Shown here: piece after piece, positions 27,765-40,701 of the stretch
Layout of the letters: the number at the start of each line of letters is the position of its first letter
How positions within the stretch are numbered: position 1 is the first letter of the stretch
Source of the DNA: Octopus vulgaris
Taxonomy: Eukaryota
NCBI GenBank assembly: GCA_951406725.2
Contig: OX597819.1
Coordinates: forward strand, 78,740,001-78,804,000
Length of the DNA: 64,000 bases
Reading direction: 5' to 3'
Program-made: the position numbers and the translations under genes
The notes under the pieces: generated by a model
Told to the model about the DNA's origin: nothing
What the model saw: only the letters and a program-made list of their open reading frames with translations
Database searches by the model: none

Positions 27765-27952
27765 AAAATACTTAGCGGGGCATTTTGCCCCTCTTTATGC
27801 CCTGAGTTGAAATTCCGTTGAGGTCGACTTTGCCTTTCATCCTTTTGGGGTTGATAAATTAAGTACCAGTGAAACACTGGAGTCCAGGTCATCGACTAGT
27901 CCTCTTCCACCAAATTTCAAGCCTTGTGCTTTTAGTAGAAAGGATTATTATT
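27765..27952 (+). mobile_element. SINE family D; other copies at ~19745-19950 (-), 37500-37605, 40215-40398, 42410-42620, 60800-60950, 60995-61148
   Basis: GAGTTGAAATTCC...GACTTTGCCTTTCATCCTTTTGGGGTTGATAAATTAAGTACCAG...GTAGAAAGGATTATTATT. Confidence 0.8.
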
Positions 27953-28626
27953 AAATTTACGAATTTGTGTTGCAAAATTCCTTATTTGAAACTATGTGTT
28001 AAATCAGAGAGTGTTGTTTTTTGGGATGGTCATTTTTTTTTCTCTAGATAAACATACACTGTATATTCGCTTTTTGCTTGCTTAGGGTATAAAGGTAAGG
28101 TATTTTCAATGAAGCTCTCAACCCAAGTTTTAGGCTCCCAACACTATCTGATTCCAGACTAATAGACAAATTCTTCAGGTGTAGAACATCTTGGTTCCAT
28201 GATGATAGAACTGAATGTAGAGTGCGCGTGTTTATTTGGCAAAAATGAACAATAAAAACGATCAACCCGAAATATATCATTATTATTATTATAAAGATTG
28301 AGAGTTGGCAGAATCCATGTTCCATGCCGGTGGCATGTAAAAAGCACCATCCGAACGTGGGTGTTAGGAAGTGCATCCAGCTGTAGAAACACTGAGCCTT
28401 CTGATTTCCCAGACCCCAGTCAAACCGTCCAACCCATGGTAGCATGGAAAACAGATGTTGATGATGATGATACACACACACACACAGCTATTCCCACCCA
28501 ACAGTTCTATTATCATGGAACCAAGATTTTCTACACCTGAAGAATTTCTGTATTTTTCTAGAATCCGACAGTGTTGATAGCCCAAAACTTGGGTTGAGTG
28601 GTCTGTTGAAAATACCGTATCAGAGC

Positions 28627-28665
<39 letters not shown>

Positions 28666-28823
28666 TTTGTCACATGGTTACTGTAAATGAGCAATCATCA
28701 TCACACAATTGCATTGTTATAGCAAAATCTTGCCAGATATCAGACTGTGAGTTAAAATGTCTATCCGTGATATCACAAAAGCTGCCATTCTTCTTCTCAA
28801 GACATCACTATCTGATGGTGGTT

Positions 28824-28860
<37 letters not shown>

Positions 28861-29524
28861 CTCTAACAAGCTCCTTTGTGCTTCGTTAATGTGAATTCGT
28901 CAAAAATAGTAACACAATACAAAAACTTACGCGTGTGCATTTTCTTTTCTTTCTTATTCAGTTTTTTTTTTTGTGTGTGTGTGCGTTTCGTTTGTGTTGT
29001 TATTTTTTATGCATTTGTACTTGGTGATTTTCGGTTCTTTTGGGGGTATTCTTCTTTAGTTATCAAAGCATTAAACGTGTGACAGCATGATTCCCAGAGA
29101 ATTGAAATGTGTGCATGTTTGAAGGTGGTGCGTTTGTGTTTACATAATAATGCACATGCTCACACACACACACACACATACACACGCATGTATAAATATG
29201 CTCCCTTGATATATTTATATATATTTTTGTATATTATGCAGGTATATATATGTACATAAATATGTGTATGTGTATATATATATATATATATATATGTGTG
29301 TATGCAAGTGTGTGTGTATATTGTATATATCTATGCATATTTATGTATATATCTATGTATATTTATGTACATATCTGTATATACCATGTATATTTATGTA
29401 TATATATCTATGTATATATCTGTGTATATGTATATATCTATGTATAGTTATGTATGTGTGTGTGTGTGTATTTATGTATGTATATATTATGTGCATGTGT
29501 CAGTATATATGTGTATCTGTATGT

Positions 29525-29572
<48 letters not shown>

Positions 29573-30074
29573 ATATTTATGTGTATGTATGTATGTATAT
29601 GTGTATGTATGTATATATATATATGTATGTATATATTTATGTGTATGTATGTATATATATATGTATGTATATGTTTGTGTATATATATGTGTATATGTTG
29701 TGTATTTATGTATTACAAGACACACGCTTTTTCACACTTCTCTGTATCTGTGTTATATCTGGGTACATTTATATTGGAGCGTTTGTATAATGTGCATATA
29801 TAGGCACAGGTACATGACAGTGCAGTTAAGAAGCCTGCTTAGCAACTACATGGTTCCAGGTGCAGTCCCACTGCATGGCACATTAGTCATGTGTCTTCTA
29901 CTATAGCCCTAGACTGACAAACGACTTCTGAATCGATTTGATTGGTAGAATCTGTGTAGCTCTGGTCTGACCGAAGTTTTATGGGTGGGTTTTGTTTATC
30001 GAAACTGAAAGAAGACCGGTGTATATGTGCATGTATGTGTGTATATATATATATGTATATACACACACACATAT

Positions 30075-30240
30075 ATTCTCGTTTGTCTTGGACTTTCCTG
30101 TTTCTTAAGAGCTATGCTGGAAACGTAAAACTTCTATTCTTTTCCTTCTGTGAGTGTCTTATTGATACATTGCTTGTGCCACATCCAAACGTTAGTTTGT
30201 TTTTTCTTTTTCTCTGTGTTTTTTTTTTTTTGTATTGACT
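30075..30240 (+). mobile_element. Second copy of the hammerhead-bearing Penelope-like fragment
   Basis: GTTT-CTTA-AGAGC-TAT-GCTG-GAAAC-GTA-AAAC, then sequence alignable to 24075-24160; followed by (TA)n. Confidence 0.5.
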
Positions 30241-30734
30241 ATATATATATATATATATATATTTGTGTGTATTTTTGAGTTCATATTTCCTCATCCACAC
30301 ATTAGCTCATTGTAAACAACGGCTCTGCTTCGCTAATGTTGTCATTTGCTTGTAGTCCACCACAAAAGCGGATCCATATACATTGCCATCTCTTGACATG
30401 TAACGCGATCTTTGTAAACAAAAGATTTGTTCATACATTGTCATTTTTGTTTTTTTTCTCCTGTTTTTTTTTTTTCCATTTTTGCCAGTACTTCACATAA
30501 AACATATCCGGTCTGTTTGTTGTTTGATAGACTAGGAGATACTTCAGTAGGAAACAATTGGGGTTTGGCAACAGGATGAGCATCTGGCTGTAGGAAAACT
30601 TTGCCCCCTGTTTTCATCCTACCCTTGGAAACATGGAATAGCAGATATTTAAACGATAATGATATGTATTTGGGTGTGTGTGTGTGTGTGCATATGTCTG
30701 CAATACTGAACAATATCCGTTTACTTTATATATG

Positions 30735-30803
<69 letters not shown>

Positions 30804-31091
30804 ATATATATATATATATATGGGGCAGGATGTTTTGGTTTCATATCTAATACTTTCTATCTATACATGTGTCTATCCAACTATGTATCTGTCTATCTGT
30901 ACAAGTGTGTGTGTGCATGTGTATATATATGTGTGCATATATATAGATGGAGAGACAGATAGATGTGTGTGTGTGTGTGTGTGTACTTGTATATATATAT
31001 ATATATATATAGATAGATAGATAGATAGATAAACAGATACATATGTGCATGTGAGTGTGTGTATATATATGTAAACAGGTAGATATGTGCA

Positions 31092-31137
<46 letters not shown>

Positions 31138-31905
31138 TAGATAAATGTGTGTGTGTGTATGTATTTATTTATACATGCATGCAGCGAGAGAGGGAGAGAA
31201 AGAGAAAGGAATTGATGCATAGAGTGATACCCATATCCATGATACAAACTATCTCGTATATGACAATCTGTAAGTACCAGAGATTGAAATAGATGAGGCT
31301 GATTACTTATAGACTTTGTCGACTGATGGGTGCAAGGTAATGTGTCTTGCTTAACGATGACACAATACCATTGCTTCTGGCTGACACAATAAATTAATAA
31401 ATAAAACAACTGATGACACACTGCTATCACCACCACTGCTACTACTACTACTACTACTACTACCTCTACTACTTGACATAAGATTTTAGAGGTGGGTGTT
31501 GTGTGAGCTGATTGTGATGGTGGTGGTAGTTTGTTTAGCAGTGAAATGTCATACTTTGTTTCTTGTACTTATGTGATTCCATACATAACGTGTGTGTGTA
31601 CGTATACGTATGCATGAACACACATTGTGGTGCAAGCACACTCCCACATCACACGACTTGTGTGCCATTCATGCACATGGATATTGTAAGGTTCTGTCGT
31701 GTGTGCATGCTCTAATATGTCTGTCAATCTCTCTCCGTCTCTGCATCTCTCTTTTTCTTTCTTTCTGTCCCTTTTATTTCCTGTGTACAGCATACATTCT
31801 ATTACGAAGTGTACACATTTTTGTGTATATGTTTGTTCCCTTGTGTGTGTGTGTGTGTGTGTATCTCTGTGTCTGTCTGTATCTCTTTCTCTCTCTCTAT
31901 CTCTC

Positions 31906-31936
<31 letters not shown>

Positions 31937-32216
31937 TTCTTTTACTTGTTTCAGTCATTTTGACTGTGGCCATGCTGGACCAATGCCTTTAGTCAAACAA
32001 GTTGACACTGGGTCTTATTCTTTGTAAGCCTAGTACTTATTCTAACAGTCTCTATTGCCAAACCACTAAGTTACAGGGATGTAAACACACCAACATCAGT
32101 TGTCAAGTGATGGTGGGGGACTAACACAGATGCACAAGCGCACACAGCGGTCTTCTTTTAGCTTCCGGCTAGCAAATCCACTCATAAGGCTTTGGTTGGC
32201 CTGAGGCTATAGTATA

Positions 32217-32247
<31 letters not shown>

Positions 32248-32635
32248 TATTTGTTTCAGTCATTTGACTGCAGCAATGCTGGAGCACCACCATGAGGGGT
32301 TTTAGTGAAACAAATTGACCCCCAGGACTTATTTATTTAAAGCCTAGTACTTATTCTGTGTCTTTTGTTGAACTGCTAAGTTACCAGGATGTAAACACAC
32401 CAACACCAGTTGTCAAGCAGTGATGAGGGGACAAACATAGAGACAAAGATTTACACACAGATATATACATATATATACAACAGGCTGCTTTTAGTTTCCA
32501 TCTACCAAATCCTCTCACAAGGCTTTGGTTGGCCTGAGGCTATAATAGGTGACACTTGCACTAGGTACTATGCAGTGGGACTGAACTTAGAGCCTTGTGG
32601 TTGGGAAGCAAGCTTCTTACCACACAGCCACATGC
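31937..32635 (-). mobile_element. Two adjacent SINE family A copies
   Basis: Two TTGTTTCAGTCATTT(T)GACTG tails (~31945, ~32250); head ends CCACACAGCCAC at ~32631. Confidence 0.8.
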
Positions 32636-34830
32636 AGGCATGATTAAAAAGTTCACTTCCCATGTATTTACATGCATATAGGCACATGTAAGTGTCTGTT
32701 ATTTACATCTGCACTTGCTTATATGAAAGTTATGATGTTCCTTTGTGTTGGGCTTACTCCTGTCAGATTGGTGATCCTTAACTATAAAAGGAGGTGAGGT
32801 CTAGCATGAGGAAGAGAATCCAGTTGTAAAGCTCTTTTTTTTTTTTTTTGTTTGCTGCTTTTGCAGATTCCCATGGCTCTCTGTCTCCGCCCAGTTCCAT
32901 TATTTGGATTGGGAGCTTGAGTCATAGTGAATCTTTCATTAGCTGATTACACAACCATAAACACTACCCCTATGAATAGATTGCAGTTATTTCCTTGATA
33001 GAGTCTTGATCTTCTTGGATTCCTCTGCTCAGCCTCAATGTAAGAAGCACCATGGGCTCAGTTGAGCTCCTCCGCTACCTCTTCACAATCAGCCATGCTG
33101 CAGTGCCATGTTTTTGCTCTATCCCTAGCAGGGTGGCTGAACAGATGCTATACCTTGCCAGAGTGTGGCCTGCAACTATGCAGAACATGTTATCACTCCG
33201 TGAGGTATTTTTAAAATACCTGCATACCTAAAGCTGTTAAGCAATCTGTCGATATATTTATCTACCAAATTTGGCATGGAAAAACAGACATAAAAAACAA
33301 ATGAAATGAACATAGGCATATATATATAAACATTTATGAAGGAAGCGGAGGATAGATTTAGCATTAGTCTTTATTCAGTAAAACTAACACTGTGGAATTC
33401 TTGATGTAGATCCAGTGGAAATATATCCCAACTGTGGATGACATCTGGTAACCTAAACTGCGGATGTGCTTTACCCAACACACTAAGTGGCATATACCCA
33501 TTAGTCCCAAATGTTTACATTTAAGCATTTATGTATGTATATGTTTGTGTGTGTGTGCTGAACTAAACCAGTGGTAATTCACAAGGGTAGTTCTCACTAG
33601 TCAGTGAAGTATACAATAATGAGATACCTAGTAGACTGAAATGTGTTCTGAGGTTGCTACGATTGGCTAAAAAAAGCCATGATGGTGACACTTTGGCATT
33701 ACTACAAATCAGTGGGTGAAACCAGGATAAAAAAAATACAAGATGAAGAGAGAGAGAGAGAGAAAGAAAGTATATATATATGCGTTTGTATGCACTCATT
33801 TATACACATCCAGATGCATATTTATTTTCTATACATTAATGCACTCATTTAATCCCCCACCACACACTCTCTCTCTCTCTCCAGATATATTCATACAATT
33901 TCTGTCTCAATTAGACTAATTTTTCCACCATCATATCTCTTCCTTTCTCTCTCCTCTGCACCTTTCTCTTCTCCCTTTTTCTCCACTCTGTCTTCACACA
34001 CACACCTGAATCAGCATACGATCTGCAACACTCAAGAGAGACTCTTTCAAAAAATATACTTTATGTTGCTCTCGGTATTGTCATTATCATTGTTATACTT
34101 ATTATTTCATATTTCTAGTTGCAGTTCCTTATCATTTTTTTTTTTAACTCTTGTGATTTTCCCCCCCTTTTGTTTTCATTCTTATTGCTTTCTCTTTTCA
34201 TATCCTCTCTCTCACCCCCTCTCCCCTCCTTCCTTCCTGTGATTTGATGACATATTACAAAATGAAAGAATACTGACTTTTCCCATCCGTTCTGACTATA
34301 AACATCTTATTCTTGATAATTTTTTTTATAAAACTAAAATACAAGTGCGTGCATGTGTGCATATACACATAAACACACATATTGCAACTCCCCCACACAC
34401 ACATAGTTATACACTTGTATATTTTACACATTCATACATATATGCATTCCCCACATACGGGTCATTCCATGTGAAATCAACTTTTTTTTTTTAATGTAGT
34501 AAAACCCTTAAATTTTCATCAACCTTTGGTGATAGATTGCCTCTCTATAAAACTATTCCTTCTTGGCCTCTGTTTGCAAAGAAACGGGTTTCAGGAATTT
34601 GGATACTTTCAGCTAATCTTTGCACTCCTTAGCTCCTTGTTGTATTTACACTGTTTACTTGACCATTGTCTCATCTGATCTTTTTGTTGCATTCAATATG
34701 AATATGACCACAAGTGAATGTTATGAGGAATTCATATACTAAACCTAGAAATTGAATTTTCAAAACACTGCTCTCTTGAAATTTGTCTCAATTTTGCTCT
34801 TTGTTTCTGTGAGCAGTTGGCATTTTGATA

Positions 34831-36709
34831 TACCGTAAATTCTTGAGTATAGTCTTGAGTATAATACGCAGGGGATTTTTAGGGGGCTGTACCTCTGAAA
34901 AACTTAAACCTTGTGTATAATATGCACCCCTTCTCTAACTTGAGTCAAGGAGGTCTATATAACGTCCTTGGTTTGTAAAAATGTATACAGTAATGTCCTT
35001 TATTATTATTGTATATATAACATAATGCAAACTTACTTTACTTTTACTTGTTTCAGTCATTTGACTGCAGCCATGCTGGAGCACCGCCTTTAGTCGAGCA
35101 AATCGACCCTGGGACTTATTCTTTGTAAGCCCAGTACTTATTCTATCGGTCTCTTTTTGCCGAACCGCTAAGTTACGGGGACGTAAACACACCAGCATCG
35201 GTTGTCAAGCAATGCTAGGGGGACAAACACAGACACACAAATACACACACACACATACATATATATATACATATATACGACAGGCTTCTTTCAGTTTCCA
35301 TCTACCAAATCCACTCACAAGGCATTGGTCGGCCCGGGGCTATAGTAGAAGACACTTGCCCAAGGTGCAACGCAGTGGGACTGAACCCGGAACCATGTGG
35401 TTGGTTAGCAAGCTACTTACCACACAGCCACTCCTGCGCCTTTAGCTTTTTTGTGCATTTTGTTTGCAGAAAATAAAGAAATAACAGTAATAATGTAAGG
35501 GAAAAATAAATATTAAGTAAATTGCCTTTATATATTTATCACTATCAGTTACAAAAGCAAAAGCAAAAACATTTATTCAAATCCTTCAAATTCAACGTCA
35601 CTTTCAGCATCAAATAACTGTTCCATTTGTTCCTCCGTAAACATGTCAGCATCATTGTAGTATAAATCTCCGTCATCGTCAGATTCATAATCAACATCAG
35701 AAGATTCACTTTCATGTATTTCATCTTTCCATACAATGTCATCCTGAGTACCATCAAGTGCAGACGACATACAACATTTGATAAAACTTTTCACAATAAT
35801 CTGGGGATCAAGTTCATTCCATGCATACACGAGCCATTTGCACATCAAAGTCAAGTTGGGAGCGCGAACCCTTCCACCTTTAGTGAACGACTTTATGCCT
35901 TGACATTAAGTTACTGGCCCAGCCAAGTGATGCTTTAAATTCTGACTCATTAAGTTTTATCTTTTTAGCAATGAGTTTTGCCTGTAGCCTCAAATGTAAT
36001 ATATTTTAATGGCTATTCCACCAAGTCTTCCTTCCTCTACCCATTCAAGAAAAATTTTTTCAAGCTCAGGATGTTTGGCTTTTCCTCCCTTCTTGCCTTC
36101 TTTATCTTTGGCATCTGTTTAATTTCATCTTCATTTCTTCTCCATAACCTGACATCGCTTTCGTCAACATTAAATTTTCTTGTGGTCCTATTCCATGCTC
36201 TTCAGCATATGGTATGACTTCAAGTTTAAACATAGCTGAGTAAGATCTACAAGGCATTTTATGGGCATGTAATGTATAAAATGTTTTATTGGAGATTAAT
36301 GTACAGGTTTAACTTCTGCTTATAAAAAACCCTAGTAAAAGACCCACAGTAGTTCAAACATTTAATACAGGTATTTAATTAAGTATCTATTGTTTGCCAC
36401 TGTAATGATGCAAACTGCCAATACAAACAGCAGGATGAACTATTTAGTGCTAAACTATTAAGCACAATTCGTGCATAATTAAGCCAGCAGCACCTAGTCG
36501 AACAAACACTTCTGTGCATGAGTAATACAATAATGGTGATGTTCTTAACTGTTATATGGGAATGTAAATATGTTTGCAAATTCTTCTTGTTACATGTTAT
36601 TCTGTGTTCTGAATACTTTCATTTTAATAAATGTTGCTTACTGCAAGTTATTGATGATTCTTTAAATTTTGGAGAAAAAAATGTGGATTATACTCGAGGA
36701 TTTACGGTA
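34831..36709 (-). mobile_element. Internally deleted pogo/Tigger-family DNA transposon
   Basis: TA-flanked TIRs TACCGTAAATTCTTGAGTATA...TATACTCGAGGATTTACGGTA. Minus strand gives RSYSAMFKLEVI..AEEHG...RKFNVDESDVRLWR, HPELEK..LEWV, FKASLGW, jumping to CKWLVYAWNELDPQIIVKSFIKCCMSSALDGTQDD...FEGFE*. Frameshifted; DDE core absent. Confidence 0.9.
35033..35440 (-). mobile_element. Young full-length SINE family A inserted in the pogo element
   Basis: Near-identical to 41377-41784; CpGs retained. Confidence 0.9.
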
Positions 36710-36869
36710 GTCGTTTAAAATTTCATTCATTGAAAAATGTAAGAGGTAAAGTTACAGTAGTTTAAATGCACACAATCTTTGATAAAGTTCAATGTTTTTT
36801 TTTTACCTGATGTGGTCTATGGTGGCTATGCCACTGACAACTTTATTTAAGTTGTTACATGTTGTACAC

Positions 36870-37385
36870 CATGAATCCATGTTTCACTGCCATGTTGCAT
36901 GGCTGTTCGCACACTTGCATCATACAGTCTACCTTTTACTCTGAGCGTAAGGGCCTTCGTCACCTACAGAGGTAGGAGCTTTCTGAACTTTGCCCAGGCT
37001 ATTCTTACTCTAGCAGCCACACTCTCAGAGCATCCACACCCACTACTGACTTGGTCACCTAGGTAATGGAAGCTATCAACTACTTGTAGATTTTTTTGCC
37101 ATGGAATGTGATGGAAGCTGCTTTCTGTACATTTTGATTGTTTATTGCCTCTGAGCATTTGCCATACACAAAAACTATCTTCCCAGTTAGCCTTCCTTTG
37201 ATAATGCTGCACCTTTAATGTTCCATAGCTTACATTGTGTACACCTTATGGAGTTTCTAATTATGCCTTTTCTACAGATCTAGCAGGACCATCTACCTGA
37301 AGGGATTTGTGGTTTGTCTGCCTTCCTACTTATGATGACTTAGGTTTTTGCTAGATTGACTCTAAGGCCCTTCAACTCTAGACCT
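36870..37385 (-). pseudogene. RTE-clade LINE reverse-transcriptase C-terminal fragment
   Basis: KGLRVNLAKT, C*ICRKG..RNSIRCTQCKLW..KRCS, VVDSFHYLGD, ARVRIAWAKF, KGRLYDA.VR.AM.HGSETW; stops present. Confidence 0.88.
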
Positions 37386-37604
37386 TAGATGTAAATATTT
37401 ATGTATGTATGTGTATATATAGATGTAAATATGTATGTATGTATGTATGTAGATGTAAATATGTTTGTATGTGTATATATTATTATTGTTATAGTTCTCA
37501 TTTTGAGGTCGATAAAATAAGTACCAGTTAAACACTAGGGTTGATGTAACCGATTTAACCCCTCCCTGAACTTGCTGATCTAGTGCTAAAATTTGAAACC
37601 ATTA

Positions 37605-37821
37605 TTATTATTTATCATGATTGAGTGAGAGAGCAGCACACACCATCAAAGTGACACTGGGGTACAAATATATAAATCCCAATATACCCATCATGACTAC
37701 CTGTGTGATGAAGATACAACCAAGCACATAAACATATGTGCATATGGATATAACCATATGTGCATAACATAGTGACCTCATATCATGATAAACAGTACAT
37801 GACCTTGCAGGTGGGGCCCAG
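37605..37821 (-). mobile_element. Repeat family C, 3' part
   Basis: TTGAGTGAGAGAGCAG...GACCTTGCAGGTGGGGCCCAG next to (TTA)n. Confidence 0.8.
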
Positions 37822-38508
37822 AAATAGGATAGCATGCTAGCTATCTTATTTTCTTCTTTTGTCATTACATTCTCCGTATGGATTAGGAAGTAGGTGGGGT
37901 GGGGGGGAGAGGTAATACCAAATCTACATGACAGCCAGTGAATGGTGGGAGACCACCTCTACAAGTGACAGGAATTTAGATATATATGTATGGTAATTTA
38001 TAAGGTTTAAAAAATATACTGGGAAATAATGTTATTTTAGAATTTTGATATGTGTTTTTAATTACAGTTGTCAGAATCTTGTGTAGTCTCTGAATTCTCA
38101 TAATGCTACTAACACACACACTATATATATATATATATATGCTATTATAATTGTTTTGCATGTGCCCTTGTGTTTATGTATTTTTATTTATTGTCGAAAG
38201 TTACAGGTTACAGGAGTAACTTAATGGCTAAGAGATTCATGTATTGATGCTTATCCAACTGGCTTTTAACATCATATAAGTAATGTAATTAGTATAATTT
38301 ATTAATATTAACATGAAACCAGTTTATGTGTCACTACACAAAACTCTTGATCCTTATGTCACTCTGTAATTTCTTCAGTTTAATAGCATATAAAATAATA
38401 TATATATATATACACATGTCAGGATGTTGGGATGTGTAGGGGTGTGGTGTGGATGGAGGGGGTAATGATGAAGTGAGAAGGTGGGTACGAGTGAAGAGAG
38501 GAGGGGAG

Positions 38509-38739
38509 TCAGATGAAGAGGGGAGGGGAATTGAGCCCATGTGAGCAAAGGAGCAAAGAGAAAAGATTAATTCCTGTTCATAGTGAAGGTGGGGATTCGG
38601 ATGGCCCCTGTGCAAAGACAATCCAAACACAGACAGGTGTTGTAATGAATGACCTGTTGAATGGAAATGGTGCGAGACTGGGGTGTCACTGCCAAGTCTA
38701 ATATCTCGGAGGTGTTCCGCAAACTGGCCTAGCCAAGCG
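38509..38739 (-). pseudogene. Penelope-like element GIY-YIG endonuclease C-terminal relic
   Basis: FAEHLRDIRLGSDTPVSHHFHSTGHSLQHLSVFGL...EQELIFSL, frameshift, HGLNSPPLFI*; fits the EH...PV..HF...GH...E..LI..L....GLN pattern of Penelope-like elements. Confidence 0.8.
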
Positions 38740-38743
38740 GTAT

Positions 38744-39186
38744 ATCATCATCATCATCATCATCGTTTAACGTCCGCTTTCCATGCTAGCATGGGTTGGA
38801 CGGTTCAACTGGGGTCTGGGAAGCCCGAAGGCTGCACCAGGCCAGTCAGATGTGGCAGTGTTTCTACAGCTGGATGCCCTTCCTAACGCCAACCACTCCG
38901 AGAGTGTAGTGGGTGATTTTATGTGCCACCGACACAGGTGCCAGACGAGGCTGGCAGACGGCCACGCTCGGATGGTGTTTTTTATGTGCCACCGACACAG
39001 GTGCCAGACGAGGCTGGCAGACGGCCACGCTCGGATGGTGTTTTTTATGTGCCACCGACACAGGTGCCAGACGAGGCTGGCAGACGGCCACGCTCGGATG
39101 GTGTTTTTTATGTGCCACCGACACAGGTGCCAGACGAGGCTGGCAGACGGCCACGCTCGGATGGTGTTTTCTTATGTGTCACCGAC
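38744..39186 (-). mobile_element. SINE family B with four tandem 63-bp 5' units
   Basis: ATGTGCCACC recurs at 38921, 38984, 39047 and 39110 (period 63), with a partial unit at 39174. Confidence 0.9.
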
Positions 39187-39187
39187 G

Positions 39188-39400
39188 TGTATATATAAAT
39201 GTAAATATGTATGTATGTGTATATATGAATGTAAATATGTATGTATGTGTATATATAAATGTAAATATGTATGTATGTGTATATATAAATGTAAATATGT
39301 ATGTATGTGTATATATAAATGTAAATATGTATGTATGTTTGTGTATATATAGATGTAAATATGTATGTATGTGTATATATAGATGTAAATATGTATGTGT
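39188..39400. repeat. 30-bp minisatellite GTATATATAAATGTAAATATGTATGTATGT, about 6-7 copies
   Basis: Direct inspection; related units at 37387-37480. Confidence 0.9.
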
Positions 39401-39690
39401 ATAAATGTCTATATGTTTATATGTATGTGTAAATGTATATATATATGTTTATATGTATGTATAAATGTATATATATTTATGCATGTTTGTATGTATAAAT
39501 GTGTATATATATTTATATATGGTGATTGCTCCGTCTTTACAGATGATTTTCCTTTCCTTGTGCTTCTTTGTTGTCGATGCTATTTCTGACTTTCCTTCCA
39601 TGACCTGTCAGATGACTATTCAATCCCGTTCCAGGTTTAAAGCCTATACTTTTGTGTGTATGTGTGTGTGTGTGTGAGTGATTGTGCGTG

Positions 39691-39721
<31 letters not shown>

Positions 39722-39748
39722 TATATTCTTTTCTTCTCTTTCCAACAG

Positions 39749-39821
39749 AATCTTTTCTAAGTATGTGATCGATTCCCAGGAAAGATACTTTTATGCAGTT
39801 CTTAAGTTGAGGGATAGCCTG
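39749..39821 (+). other. Candidate 73-bp internal exon
   Basis: Polypyrimidine tract plus CAG before, G|GTAAGT after; one open frame IFSKYVIDSQERYFYAVLKLRDSL; no recognised homology. Confidence 0.25.
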
Positions 39822-39952
39822 GTAAGTTGCATGTTTTGTACACTTTATATTATCATTATTATTATTATTATTATTGTTAATAAGTTATTATTAATAGAAG
39901 TATAAACATATATATATATATATTTGTGTATGTTTATATGTATAAAGGTGTA

Positions 39953-40017
<65 letters not shown>

Positions 40018-40019
<2 letters not shown>

Positions 40020-40178
40020 CATATTTTAATGTGTATAAGAGACCTTCTAATTTCTTGGGCTTAAAATTTGGAAAAAAAAGTCTTGCAAGGGGTTATAATA
40101 CTATCCATGTATAAGAAACTCCCGTATTTTTTAAACCTAATATCTGACAAAAAAGGGCTCCTTATGTTAAAATATGGT
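40018..40178. mobile_element. pogo/Tigger-like MITE (decayed)
   Basis: Inverted termini ACCATATTTTAA...TTAAAATATGGT; internal TGTATAAGA repeats. Confidence 0.55.
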
Positions 40179-40701
40179 TGGTGCATGTTTATATGTATGT
40201 ATGCCTGTGAGCACTCCGAACAAAATGCTTACCGGCATTTCATGTATTTTAACATTCTGACTTCAGATTCTGGTGAGTTTGACTTTACGTTTCATCCTTT
40301 TGGGGTTGATAAAATAAGTAGCAGTTGAACACTGGGGTTGATGCAACTGACTTACCCACTCTCCCAAACTTTGTGTCTATAATAAGAAAGGATTATTATC
40401 TTCTTGGTTATTGCTTCTGGTGCTCTAATAACCTTTCAAACCAGTAGTGTCCATAGCTCCTTTTGAAACAGTTGCATCCATTGCTCATTATGACTTTAGA
40501 AAGCTTTCTTATACCTGTGACCAGTTGTCAGTAGGTACAGGTATAGCTGTGTAGTAAAAAAATTTGCATCCTCGTCACATGATTGTGGGTTCAGTCCTTC
40601 TGTGTGACACATAGGGCAAAAGTCTTCTGTAAGCCCTGGACTCTCCACATTTTTATAAGTAGATTTGGTAGATGGAAACCGAAAAATATCTATTATATTT
40701 A

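Noticed and set aside
38783-39404. ORFs with 21-aa tandem repeats
   Set aside because: A by-product of the 63-bp SINE unit being a multiple of three; open in multiple frames on both strands.
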